This document shows positions 45,447 to 54,551 of a stretch of 64,000 nucleotides of DNA, in pieces (position 1 is the first letter of the stretch; each line of letters opens with the position of its first letter). The notes beneath the pieces were generated by a model. That model saw nothing but the letters and a program-made list of their open reading frames with translations, was not told where the DNA came from and did no database searches. Origin of the DNA: a virus. The translations under genes were made by a program, and so were the position numbers. The stretch spans positions 32,001 through 96,000 of IMG/VR virus record IMGVR_UViG_3300025778_000010; one strand, 5' to 3'.

Positions 45447-45815
45447 CTATTCTTTAATAAATCTATAGGGAATTGCATATTCTTTTAAAAATTTTTCACA
45501 CGTGTAAGTTCTTTCTGATGTTCCAAAAAGCAATACAAAATCAGCACCTTTTTCAATTAATGTTAAATCATTTAAAGATGATTTAAGTTTAACTAATTCT
45601 TCTTTAATTGAATAACCTTTTTGACGCATGTATTTTTCTACTTTACCGATATACTCAGTAACCATGTTATCAGCACCTTGATGCCCGCCATGAACAAAAA
45701 CGTGGGACTTATCATCTGGATAAAAATGTTTACGATCATCAAGCAATACTGTTATTTGACGCATTAGCTCGTTATAATCTGTATAGTTTTTACTACCAAA
45801 TACTATTACTTTCAT
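45447..45815 (-). CDS. SLOG/YspA-like protein
   Basis: KVIVFGSKNY...VHGG..GAD. Confidence 0.7.
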   Translation of the reverse strand: MKVIVFGSKNYTDYNELMRQITVLLDDRKHFYPDDKSHVFVHGGHQGADNMVTEYIGKVEKYMRQKGYSIKEELVKLKSSLNDLTLIEKGADFVLLFGTSERTYTCEKFLKEYAIPYRFIKE

Positions 45816-45835
45816 AATCTACCTTTCTGAAACAC

Positions 45836-45859
45836 ACAAGGACGGTTTCCCGTCCTTGT
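45836..45859. terminator. hairpin terminator
   Basis: ACAAGGACGG-TTTC-CCGTCCTTGT. Confidence 0.6.
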
Positions 45860-45883
45860 TTGAATATATACGTATATATTAGT

Positions 45884-46714
45884 TTACTTTGTAAATGGGC
45901 TAAATGCTCCACCCCAAAGTGATTTCTTCATTTCAGCCTTCTCATCTGCAGCAGTTTCCTTGGAATCTTCTTCCTTAGACTCTACTTCATCTGCAGCCTT
46001 TGTTACAGCTTGATCATCAGCATTATCTTCTGTGACCTCATCTGCTGATGCAGCCTTTTCGACCTTATCATCTTCTTCTGAAGCGTCAGCTTTGTCCATG
46101 TTGCACATATGAACTGCAGGCTTACCGCAATCTGGGCACATATCAGCCTTGTAGACTCCTGCTCCGCCTGTTGAAACATCTGGGTTGATGTGTTCAGCTG
46201 CTGATGGGGTTACATCGCCTTCTGGACGTGTTTCTTGTGCAATTGTTGTAACTGCATCTGGACGTGTTGCATTAGGAAGATCCTTTTGTACAGCGATATC
46301 GCCTTGTGGATCTGGTTCTGTTGTATTTGACACTATATTACCTCCTGTCCCATTAGTAGGGGTGTTTGTATTAAAATTCCCTCTAACATAATTTTCGACA
46401 GATCTTTCATCTGCCTCTTGATTTGCTGAAGATGATGTTCCAATTGCTTTTTCAATAGCATCTTTAACATCATCAATAAACTTGGTTACCTTCCAATCTT
46501 TTGGAAGTAACTTTGCTGCATTTAATGCTTTAGCCCTGGCAATGATATGCTTTTTAGCTTCAGCATAATTTGATGCACGACCTATAGACTGGATAGCATT
46601 ATGAAGATCGGTAGTATTTTCGATTGGAAAAGAACCGTCTGGAAGTGCATGACCTTTGTCTGCCAATTCCTTACGCTTCTTATCAGAGAATTCTCTTTTT
46701 TCTACTAATTCCAT
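45884..46714 (-). CDS. probable internal head protein
   Basis: ALPDGSFPI...NAIQSIGRA domain, low-complexity acidic linker, repeated x-x-K-A/S motifs; start MELVEK. Confidence 0.55.
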   Translation of the reverse strand: MELVEKREFSDKKRKELADKGHALPDGSFPIENTTDLHNAIQSIGRASNYAEAKKHIIARAKALNAAKLLPKDWKVTKFIDDVKDAIEKAIGTSSSANQEADERSVENYVRGNFNTNTPTNGTGGNIVSNTTEPDPQGDIAVQKDLPNATRPDAVTTIAQETRPEGDVTPSAAEHINPDVSTGGAGVYKADMCPDCGKPAVHMCNMDKADASEEDDKVEKAASADEVTEDNADDQAVTKAADEVESKEEDSKETAADEKAEMKKSLWGGAFSPFTK

Positions 46715-46715
46715 T

Positions 46716-46952
46716 TTACTTTGATCCCGCCTCTGTTGTGGTGATGTTTCCTCCAGCATACTGTGGAGTGGTCATTGAAACATCACTTCCCTTAAAAGGA
46801 GATGCTACGCTCATAGAGCCAGGGTTATTAACTCCGAGATCTGTTTTTGCATCTGAACGAAGGCCTGCCTCTGGACCTGCCTGCTCTGTAACTGGTGTTG
46901 CTGCAGCAGGTTGCTGCACTCCACCTTCCTTACCTTGTTGATTGTTATCCAT
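46716..46952 (-). CDS. low-complexity hypothetical protein
   Basis: GGTGGTG RBS; Q/P/G/T-rich. Confidence 0.6.
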   Translation of the reverse strand: MDNNQQGKEGGVQQPAAATPVTEQAGPEAGLRSDAKTDLGVNNPGSMSVASPFKGSDVSMTTPQYAGGNITTTEAGSK

Positions 46953-46974
46953 ATTTAAATCACCACCTTATAGG

Positions 46975-47307
46975 TTAATTGTCTGGAATTTCTTCTTCAT
47001 CAAAAGAAAATCCTTGTCTAATTAATTCCTCTTTAGCTTTTTCTGTTAAGCTAAATTGGGCATTTAGATTTTCATCATAAGATACTTCTAGTAAATCTCT
47101 TTGATATAAATCAATTAATGTTTGATCCATATCATCCATCATTACTTGGTGTAGTTCTGGCATAACTTCTTCCAAAACATCCATGTCAAACTTATAAAAT
47201 GGCTCACCGTCTTCATCAATTCCGTCAATTTCTGCAGCACCTTCTGAAACAAGGTACTCCATAATCTCTACGTGATCTTCATCAGATGGATCGTATTCCA
47301 TTTTCAC
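46975..47307 (-). CDS. acidic hypothetical protein
   Basis: Promoter -10 and GAGG RBS upstream; very D/E-rich. Confidence 0.7.
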   Translation of the reverse strand: MKMEYDPSDEDHVEIMEYLVSEGAAEIDGIDEDGEPFYKFDMDVLEEVMPELHQVMMDDMDQTLIDLYQRDLLEVSYDENLNAQFSLTEKAKEELIRQGFSFDEEEIPDN

Positions 47308-47351
47308 TTCCTCATAACCTATTATACCTTATTTATTATTTATTACTTACG

Positions 47352-47424
47352 TGCCCTTGGCAGGAATCGAACCTGCGACGCAGACCTTAGAAGAGTCTCG
47401 CTCTATCCCCTGAGCTACAAAGGC
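47352..47424 (-). tRNA. tRNA-Arg(TCT)
   Basis: Cloverleaf; AGACT-CTTCTAA-GGTCT. Confidence 0.92.
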
Positions 47425-47425
47425 G

Positions 47426-47498
47426 TACCCCAAGACAGATTCGAACTGTCGCTGTATGGATTTTAAGTCCACTATCTCTACCGCTGGATTACTGGGGC
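47426..47498 (-). tRNA. tRNA-Leu(TAA), short variable loop
   Basis: Cloverleaf; GTGGA-CTTAAAA-TCCAT; 5-nt variable region. Confidence 0.85.
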
Positions 47499-47572
47499 AA
47501 ATAGAAAAGGACCTATTTCTAGATCCTTTTGTAACATTTTTACGAAAGAAAAGAGATGAAAGACCTTTGTAG

Positions 47573-48043
47573 TTACATTATAGTAGGCTTTAAAGTGCTT
47601 GTCAACTGCCATTGCCAGAATTTGTGTGCTTCTTGTCTTCCTGCAATAAAATTACAAATACCTTGCTCATCTAATTCATTTGCTACATCATATGTATGTT
47701 TAAGTTGGTCCATAACAATAATGTTTGTGTTAACTAATTCTTGAAGCATTTCACGAGCATTAAGATCAATTGAATCATTAATTTCTAATTCAGGGCTTAA
47801 TTCTGTCCATGACTTTAATCCAAATGGAGCTTTTGCACCCAGCTTACGAATATTTTCTGCAATAGGATCAATTGACTCATATAAATCTTCATAAATCTTT
47901 AAGAAAAACTTATGATATTGTGGAAAGTTTGATCCTTCTACATTCCAATGATAACCGTGGGCTTGCACATAATGCTTAACCACCATTGATTTTAAAATTT
48001 TTAGTTCTTTAATTAAATCTTCATTAGTTGCCATGATTTCCAT
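47573..48043 (-). CDS. dps: Dps / ferritin-like DNA-protection protein
   Basis: HGYHWNVEG..F..YH..F...D.IAE.IR. Confidence 0.9.
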   Translation of the reverse strand: MEIMATNEDLIKELKILKSMVVKHYVQAHGYHWNVEGSNFPQYHKFFLKIYEDLYESIDPIAENIRKLGAKAPFGLKSWTELSPELEINDSIDLNAREMLQELVNTNIIVMDQLKHTYDVANELDEQGICNFIAGRQEAHKFWQWQLTSTLKPTIM

Positions 48044-48320
48044 CCTTTTTATGTAATTCTGCTACCATATCCAACAAAATATCAGCGTCTGGTTTTTCTT
48101 TGTCATTATCTGTATACAAAGCTTTCAAAGTCTTTTCATCTTCTTTTCTTTGTGATCCCTCGCCCATCATAATAAGCAACATTGCAACTGGAATAAATAA
48201 TCCAATTGGAAAACTTGCCCACATGTGCGATACATTAAGAATTATTGCTGACATATATCCAGACATTCTGGCTGGGTACTTGTCTACATAAAAAGATATA
48301 TGGTTAATGACTTTTTTCAT
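48024..48320 (-). CDS. small membrane protein, leaderless
   Basis: Two hydrophobic segments; TATAAT 7 nt before ATG. Confidence 0.6.
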   Translation of the reverse strand: MKKVINHISFYVDKYPARMSGYMSAIILNVSHMWASFPIGLFIPVAMLLIMMGEGSQRKEDEKTLKALYTDNDKEKPDADILLDMVAELHKKDGNHGN

Positions 48321-48341
48321 ATATCTAATTATACATTAATA

Positions 48342-48375
48342 TGAGCAGTTTTGAAAAGGACATGCTCAGGTCCTT
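48342..48375 (-). ncRNA. H-type pseudoknot motif, copy 2
   Basis: AAGGAC-CUGAGCAU-GUCCUU-UUCAAAAC-UGCUCA (6 bp + 6 bp). Confidence 0.6.
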
Positions 48376-48422
48376 ACCCTGCGACTCCCCGATGAAAGGG
48401 TGCAGTGATTATTATTATATCA

Positions 48423-48881
48423 TTACTTAATTCGGATTGTTTTTGGTTTTGCTTCCTCTGGAACTTCCCGTTCAATCTTGACGGTTAAAATTCCATTTTC
48501 AAGTGAAGCAGATTTAACAATCATATACTCACCAAGAGTGAAGGTCTGTGTAAACTTGCGACCAGCGATTCCTCTGTAAAAGAATTCTGATTTGTCTTCA
48601 TTTTCACGATCACTTTTGATAATTAATGTATCTTTATCTACAGTAATATCAAGATCTTCACGATCATATCCTGCAACAGCTAATTCAACAACATAAGTAT
48701 CATCATCAATCTTCTTAACATTATATGGTGGAAATGAAGATGATGTTGTTTTATTTGTTGTCCAACGATGGAATTGATCACCAAATCCTAAGAAAAACGG
48801 ATCATTAAATACCGTTTCTAATGTTGCAAATGGATTTTGAGTGTAGAGATAATTGCTATTTTGTGTTCTTAGATGTGTCAT
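48423..48881 (-). CDS. small heat-shock protein (Hsp20/IbpA-like)
   Basis: FPPYNV, ELAVAG, RGIAGRKF, LENGILTV, PKTIRI. Confidence 0.92.
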   Translation of the reverse strand: MTHLRTQNSNYLYTQNPFATLETVFNDPFFLGFGDQFHRWTTNKTTSSSFPPYNVKKIDDDTYVVELAVAGYDREDLDITVDKDTLIIKSDRENEDKSEFFYRGIAGRKFTQTFTLGEYMIVKSASLENGILTVKIEREVPEEAKPKTIRIK

Positions 48882-48957
48882 TATTACTTGCTCCTTTTCA
48901 GCGAGTTAGTTAGATTTTTGAACCCCCAAAGGCAGTTCATATATATTATATCAGATT

Positions 48958-49848
48958 TTATGAATTAGATCTACCGTGTTTGTCTGATCGGTTTCCGTAC
49001 CCCGCTGATGGCTTTCCATCTTTCTGTGGTGGGCTATTGTATGTCGAGTTGTATCTCGCATCTTGCATTACTGAACCCATCACGGGTGCAAAGGATCCTG
49101 ACCAAAAACTAAACGAACCAATACCTTCTTGCTCATCTTGCTTTGTTTGATCAGACTTAGTTAAATCTGGTTCATTTACTGCTATGGCGTCCATGGCTTC
49201 CTGTGCATGTTCTTTAGTTGTATAACAACCAATTACTTGTCCAGTTCCCGCCTTTGTAATGGCATAACCACCTAAACAATCTGGAACATTGTATTCTAAT
49301 TTAAATCCTACACCACCAGAAATTCTTCCAGCACCTGCAGATTCTTTTTCAATTTTATTTTCTTTATTTACAATGGCACGAGACCAAGCATATCCTGCAT
49401 CCCCGCCCCAAGCATTCCACATAATTTTTCCGTGAGATGGCTTATCCCAATCTTTTCCTTGCTTATCAACTTCATGACGTGAGAAGAAAGAATACATACG
49501 CTTTACTGTATCAAGAGACATTGATCTTCCCGCAACGATATCACTTGCACGTCCCCAGCCAACTGGTGTACCTGCTCCGTTTGCTAATCCATCTTCTTTC
49601 CATTTTAACGCACGACGTGCTGCTGCTTTCATTCCTGCATTTGGCTGGTAACCATCTGATTTTTTGACGGGAACGCAATTAGGAACAGTCTTGCCATCTT
49701 TTTCTTTAGTTCCAGCATATTCGTAGCCATCCCAACATGGGCCTTGACCTTTATCAATGCATGATGCACATTTTTCTGTATCTGAAATATAATGATGATC
49801 ATTACCTAGATCATCACATCCGCAAGTCATGCATTTATTTGTTGACAT
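48958..49848 (-). CDS. multi-domain probable head-associated protein
   Basis: PCWDGY...VPNCVP and KRMYSFFSRH...WNAWGGDAG modules. Confidence 0.55.
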   Translation of the reverse strand: MSTNKCMTCGCDDLGNDHHYISDTEKCASCIDKGQGPCWDGYEYAGTKEKDGKTVPNCVPVKKSDGYQPNAGMKAAARRALKWKEDGLANGAGTPVGWGRASDIVAGRSMSLDTVKRMYSFFSRHEVDKQGKDWDKPSHGKIMWNAWGGDAGYAWSRAIVNKENKIEKESAGAGRISGGVGFKLEYNVPDCLGGYAITKAGTGQVIGCYTTKEHAQEAMDAIAVNEPDLTKSDQTKQDEQEGIGSFSFWSGSFAPVMGSVMQDARYNSTYNSPPQKDGKPSAGYGNRSDKHGRSNS

Positions 49849-49855
49849 TTTTATC

Positions 49856-50353
49856 CTATCCTACGTTATAAATTGTTAGATTAGCACTTGGTGATGCTGG
49901 TCTTGCTGGATTTGTTCCTGCTGCTGTAGCCAATAATGACATTCCCGCTGCACCTGACCACCAGTGAAATTGAATATAATCTCCTGCATTAACAATAATT
50001 GGTGATTCAATATTTGCCAATACCTGTGAACCTTGAGCACTTGTAGTTGTAAATGTAAATGCGGATGAAGGTACATTTACTCCATTTTTAGAAAACCAAG
50101 TTGTAATATTGTAATTAGATGCTCCACCAGTAAAGTTAAATTGACCTAAAAAGTTAAGGTTGTATGTACCTGGAACTTGAAAAGTAATTTTTGTGGCATC
50201 AGTATTACTAATTGACATACCTTTTGAAAGATTTGTTGTGTCCCAAGTTATAACGTTATCTGTTGTTGTACCGCCAGATGACATATTTGTTGAACGTGCA
50301 AAGTTTCCGTAATAAAGAATTTGAGCGGGAACTGTTGAAACTTTAATGCTCAT
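49856..50353 (-). CDS. beta-sandwich virion/decoration-like protein
   Basis: ITFQVPGTYNLNF...GDYIQF (C1q/BclA-like). Confidence 0.55.
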   Translation of the reverse strand: MSIKVSTVPAQILYYGNFARSTNMSSGGTTTDNVITWDTTNLSKGMSISNTDATKITFQVPGTYNLNFLGQFNFTGGASNYNITTWFSKNGVNVPSSAFTFTTTSAQGSQVLANIESPIIVNAGDYIQFHWWSGAAGMSLLATAAGTNPARPASPSANLTIYNVG

Positions 50354-50354
50354 A

Positions 50355-50642
50355 TTAAACCTCTGCTGCTAATACTGCGACATTTGGAGTTCCAGATGAT
50401 GCAATAGCATAAAGTTGATCGGAAGCAAGAAGATCTACTGTGTATGTTTGACCTGCTAAAAGAGCAAAACCATAAGATGATGTAGTAACTAAAGAAGATC
50501 CTAGATATACAGTAATTACTGGATCTAAATTTTGAACAGAAAGTGAAACTCTGCTTTCATATACAGCTTCATTTGCTGATGGAATACTTACTAATGTTGC
50601 TGTAGAAGCATTAAGAGCTACTACTTGGTGTGTTATTGCCAT
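50355..50642 (-). CDS. small virion structural protein
   Basis: VQN...VYLG...G..L...LYAI beta pattern. Confidence 0.55.
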   Translation of the reverse strand: MAITHQVVALNASTATLVSIPSANEAVYESRVSLSVQNLDPVITVYLGSSLVTTSSYGFALLAGQTYTVDLLASDQLYAIASSGTPNVAVLAAEV

Positions 50643-51141
50643 TTATTTCTCCTTGTTTTTCTTTATTTGTACTAATTATATCATTAATCTTGCGAGATTT
50701 CATTTTATTTGGATTTGCCACTACCTCTGCTGCTGGTAGTGTTCCATTTTTTCTAAATCGCATGGTTTCCCATAAAGCGTGTGGGAGCGTATGAATACCG
50801 TAATGTGTTCTGTGATGGTTTGTACACAAAACCTCTAGATTTCCTGGACTCTCTAACCATTGTTGAAATTCCCCGTCATCTTTAAAATTTAAACCAAAAT
50901 AAGATTCTATCTTTTTAACATCAGCATTTGGTATTTGTGAGAATTCTACATGGGTATGATGCAATTCTGGTTCTCCACCACATAAATCGTCATTAATGAC
51001 ACATCTCCACATACCCGCATCTTTAATTTTCTTTTTAGCAGCGATAAAATACTTGTAATTTGGATCGTGCTCTCGTGGGTCATGTTCTGGAATATGTGCC
51101 AAAATATGTAAAGTCATATTTTGATCGTGTTCATCTGTCAT
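50611..51141 (-). CDS. HNH-like protein
   Basis: ELHH...NLEVLCTNHH...GIH. Confidence 0.55.
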   Translation of the reverse strand: MTDEHDQNMTLHILAHIPEHDPREHDPNYKYFIAAKKKIKDAGMWRCVINDDLCGGEPELHHTHVEFSQIPNADVKKIESYFGLNFKDDGEFQQWLESPGNLEVLCTNHHRTHYGIHTLPHALWETMRFRKNGTLPAAEVVANPNKMKSRKINDIISTNKEKQGEINGNNTPSSSS

Positions 51142-51165
51142 AATAGTTTAATTATACATTGTTTG

Positions 51166-51236
51166 AGCGAATAGCGGGAATTGAACCCGCACATTAACCT
51201 TGGCAAGGTTACGCACTACCACTATGCAATATTCGC
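51166..51236 (-). tRNA. tRNA-Gly(GCC)
   Basis: Cloverleaf; TAACC-TTGCCAA-GGTTA. Confidence 0.92.
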
Positions 51237-51243
51237 AAATAGG

Positions 51244-51358
51244 GGCTATATGTGAGTATTCCAGCACCGAATGACGCTGCCCTATCTCCCCGAACTCTTA
51301 TACTCGGGTACATGTTTATGTGTAACTATATCCATACTAAGGTGTGTCACATATAGCC
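51244..51358 (-). ncRNA. unknown structured RNA between tRNA-Gln and tRNA-Gly
   Basis: 12-bp closing stem GGCTATATGTGA/TCACATATAGCC with internal hairpins. Confidence 0.55.
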
Positions 51359-51361
51359 TTG

Positions 51362-51432
51362 CTCTCAGACCTGGACTCGAACCAAGATACTTGCCTCCAA
51401 AGGGCAATGTCCTACCATTAGACGATCTGAGA
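51362..51432 (-). tRNA. tRNA-Gln(TTG)
   Basis: Cloverleaf; TTGCC-CTTTGGA-GGCAA. Confidence 0.9.
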
Positions 51433-51439
51433 AAAGTTA

Positions 51440-52027
51440 TTACCTCTTAGAAGTTTTTACCTTTTTTGCCTTTGTTATTTTTGTTGTAGAAGGAAATGAA
51501 AACGTATTTATAATGTTTTTAGGAATACCAGCTGAAAAATCAGGTAACAAGAACCCAGAAGGGGTTGGGGTTGGAGTATGCGTAACAGCAAAACCTGTTG
51601 GTTCAGTTGCAATCACATTTGAAGCTGTTGTAGCACTATTATCAGGAAGAACAACTGGAATTGATTGTGATGTCGTATTAATTGGAACAACATTGTTTTG
51701 AACAACTGGTGTAATCAAATTATTTACAACAGGAGTTACAATTTCAACTAAAGTTTGCTGAACAATTGTTGGTGAAATTGCTGGTGTTGGTTGCTGAACA
51801 ATTGCTGGTGTTTCAACTGATACAGCAGGAACAGGCCTTCCATCAGCTGGAGGAATAATAAAAGTTGGTGAAACTGAAGATGAAGCAGGTGGCAAAGTAT
51901 ATCCGTATTGAGCTGCGTTTGCTGCTGCTCTTGCTGCTACTTCTGCGGGGCTATCTGCTAATGCCGATGAAGTTGAATAAAATAATGATAATACGACAAT
52001 TGGAAAGATCAATTTCTTGAGCTTCAT
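51440..52027 (-). CDS. secreted Pro/Thr/Val-rich protein
   Basis: Signal peptide (ALA-D), mucin-like body, basic C-terminus. Confidence 0.65.
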   Translation of the reverse strand: MKLKKLIFPIVVLSLFYSTSSALADSPAEVAARAAANAAQYGYTLPPASSSVSPTFIIPPADGRPVPAVSVETPAIVQQPTPAISPTIVQQTLVEIVTPVVNNLITPVVQNNVVPINTTSQSIPVVLPDNSATTASNVIATEPTGFAVTHTPTPTPSGFLLPDFSAGIPKNIINTFSFPSTTKITKAKKVKTSKR

Positions 52028-52050
52028 TGTTTATCCTTTGTTAGTAGTTG

Positions 52051-52290
52051 TTAGTATGATTTGCCAATTAGGCGATTTTCTTGAATTTTTTCCCGCTCAT
52101 CAATTGTTTCATAAGCAAACTTTGATAAAGCAGATTCATTTTTAGCATAGTGATGACCGCAAAACATAAGTTCTCCCGTCACACCCTTTACAATAACCAA
52201 AGCAGAAGCACTGCATTGATCACATCTATCATTAAGAGTAAGAATATATTCTTTTTTATCTTCTAAAACTTCTTCTTTAGTCATTATCAT
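52051..52290 (-). CDS. actinobacterial-type zinc-finger protein
   Basis: DRCDQC...LMFCGHH. Confidence 0.7.
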   Translation of the reverse strand: MIMTKEEVLEDKKEYILTLNDRCDQCSASALVIVKGVTGELMFCGHHYAKNESALSKFAYETIDEREKIQENRLIGKSY

Positions 52291-52324
52291 AAGTATATCT
52301 CTTTCTCTAATTAGTTAATAATCG

Positions 52325-52397
52325 CTGCCCCAAGTGGACTCGAACCAATAACCTGCCGATTAACAGTCGGCTGCTCTGCCAATTGAGCTATGGGGCA
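52325..52397 (-). tRNA. tRNA-Asn(GTT)
   Basis: Cloverleaf; GCCGA-CTGTTAA-TCGGC. Confidence 0.92.
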
Positions 52398-52403
52398 ATA
52401 GCG

Positions 52404-52691
52404 TTATTTTACATTACCAAATGGGTTTTTGTCAACCATCTTTAGTAAATCTTCTGGAGTATCAATCATGCGTCTTTGTGCTTCAAATTTACCAAGCTCA
52501 ACCATTTCTTGAGCAATTGTAAACATCATGTCAACTAAACCAGCGGCGTAACGTTGGTCTTTAAGGTCAACACTTTCAATTTCTTTTCGCATGTTGATTG
52601 ATGATTGTGTAAAATAATCACACAATGATGTTAAAGATATATAAATATCTTTTTCGTCTTCTATTGTTTTAATTGTTCCGTTTGCTATCAT
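52404..52691 (-). CDS. hypothetical protein
   Basis: ORF after terminase. Confidence 0.7.
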   Translation of the reverse strand: MIANGTIKTIEDEKDIYISLTSLCDYFTQSSINMRKEIESVDLKDQRYAAGLVDMMFTIAQEMVELGKFEAQRRMIDTPEDLLKMVDKNPFGNVK

Positions 52692-52703
52692 GTCTGTATT
52701 CTA

Positions 52704-54551
52704 TCAAAGTATTCTAAAGCTGTCAATACGCATTCGCTCATCATCTTCATCTTCTTCAATATTCATAAACTCTCTTAAGTTAGCTGGAATAGACTTTCTT
52801 TCTGGCATCTTAATTGTATGCTTAAGTCTTTCATCAGACTCTTTTCTTAATTGCTCTAACTCGTTTGCAAAAACTCCATCATAAGAATAAATTTCTACTT
52901 CCCTATCAAGATCAGGGGGAGTTAAAGCAATAGCGTTATAAATAGACCCACATACTGCATCTGAAAGGTCTTTTGATCCTTTTCTAGGGTGATCTACTTT
53001 GTCTTTAACAATTCTTAATTGTAATAACTCATCAACAAGCAATTGAATTCTTGGCCCGTGTAATCTTTCTTCAGTTAAAGTAAGAGACATATCTTCATAA
53101 TGTTTTTTGGCTACTGAAAGAATTTCTGTTTTAATCCCGTGTACACCGAGTTGTTGCATCATGTCGTGTGAGTTCCATCGGTCAAATGTAACAAGTTTAA
53201 GATTAAACCCACGTTCTCTGACGCTTGTAATGTAGTCTTTAACTTCTGTAAAATCAACAGATTTTGATGCGGTAGGTGTCCAATATCTTACTGCATCTAC
53301 TACAACTCTAGGTGCTGCTTCCTTATATTGCTCACCAATTTTCATTGTTACCCAGCCTTCCACGTGAGCTAATGATACTGCACAGTGGTCATGTTTTTGT
53401 GCCAAGTCAACGTGCATAAAATATGTACGATCTGGGTTTGGCTTAAAATCATCATCAAATCTTCCATATGAATCTACATTTAATTTAGGATTACTAAATG
53501 CTTTTTCAATTACTGCACGATTTTTAAAGAATGCATCTGTTGCATCTGGAGGCATACATGCAAAACGAGATAATGCATCTGTTGGGTCTGTGTAAAAATC
53601 AATTGTAAAATCTTCAATTTTACGTGTTGGATTTACGTCCCAAGTAGGTCTTTTTAATGCAAATACTCTTGGTACTTTGTATGAAATAATATGATCTTCT
53701 TCCCACTCAATTTCAAATTCATTACCTTCAGTGCCGTCTGGCAGTTCTGGATCTACTTTAAATCTACTATGTCTAAGAACAACTTCTTTTTCAGCAACAA
53801 CTTCATTATATCTTTGTTGAATATAATCGTTTTTAAATCTTGGGAATGAAAGTAAAATTACTTTACCAAAATCTGGAAAACGTGAGTTGACTGATGCACG
53901 ATACATCTTGTAAATTGATGATGCAGTTTTAGCTTGATCATGCCCAGAGGTTGATTCAAGTTCAAAACCTGAGATCTCATCAAGAATAACTACAAGTACG
54001 TTATAACCTTCCCAAGCTTCTCTTTCTGAGTGGCCTGAGTGAACTGTTACACCTTTATCAAATTCAACCATATTGGCTTTAGCAACATATCTTCCTTGAA
54101 ACCAAGGTGACTTTTCAATACGTTGGTTAAAACCTTTAAAGAAAACTCGATTAGCTTGAATAGCGTTAATAGCAATATTGATAATATCAATTGCATCCCC
54201 TGGAGGTTTTCCAAAATATGCTGCTGGATCTTGTAAGCATAAAAGAAGATATACCATGTAAGCACAAGCAATTGTAGAGGTATAATCTTTTCCAGAGCCT
54301 TTACCTAATTGCAAAATAACTTCATTACATGTTTGTTTAAATATCTTGTTACCCTCATCTTCTCCGTAGATTTTGATGAGTGTTTCTTTTTTATAAATTT
54401 GAGTTGATGCACGGATCATCGTGTATTGATTTTCTGATAAAGGTGGCAATCCAAGATACGCTTTATCTGTAACAAATTGTTCTAGTGTTACTGGAGTTTC
54501 TGAAAATTCATCCCCACTTAATGCATCTAAGAATACGTTAAAGTCACTCAT
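52704..54551 (-). CDS. terL: terminase large subunit
   Basis: Walker A LGKGSGKD, Walker B VVILDE, nuclease HVDLA...DH...KDLSDA. Confidence 0.9.
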   Translation of the reverse strand: MSDFNVFLDALSGDEFSETPVTLEQFVTDKAYLGLPPLSENQYTMIRASTQIYKKETLIKIYGEDEGNKIFKQTCNEVILQLGKGSGKDYTSTIACAYMVYLLLCLQDPAAYFGKPPGDAIDIINIAINAIQANRVFFKGFNQRIEKSPWFQGRYVAKANMVEFDKGVTVHSGHSEREAWEGYNVLVVILDEISGFELESTSGHDQAKTASSIYKMYRASVNSRFPDFGKVILLSFPRFKNDYIQQRYNEVVAEKEVVLRHSRFKVDPELPDGTEGNEFEIEWEEDHIISYKVPRVFALKRPTWDVNPTRKIEDFTIDFYTDPTDALSRFACMPPDATDAFFKNRAVIEKAFSNPKLNVDSYGRFDDDFKPNPDRTYFMHVDLAQKHDHCAVSLAHVEGWVTMKIGEQYKEAAPRVVVDAVRYWTPTASKSVDFTEVKDYITSVRERGFNLKLVTFDRWNSHDMMQQLGVHGIKTEILSVAKKHYEDMSLTLTEERLHGPRIQLLVDELLQLRIVKDKVDHPRKGSKDLSDAVCGSIYNAIALTPPDLDREVEIYSYDGVFANELEQLRKESDERLKHTIKMPERKSIPANLREFMNIEEDEDDERMRIDSFRIL

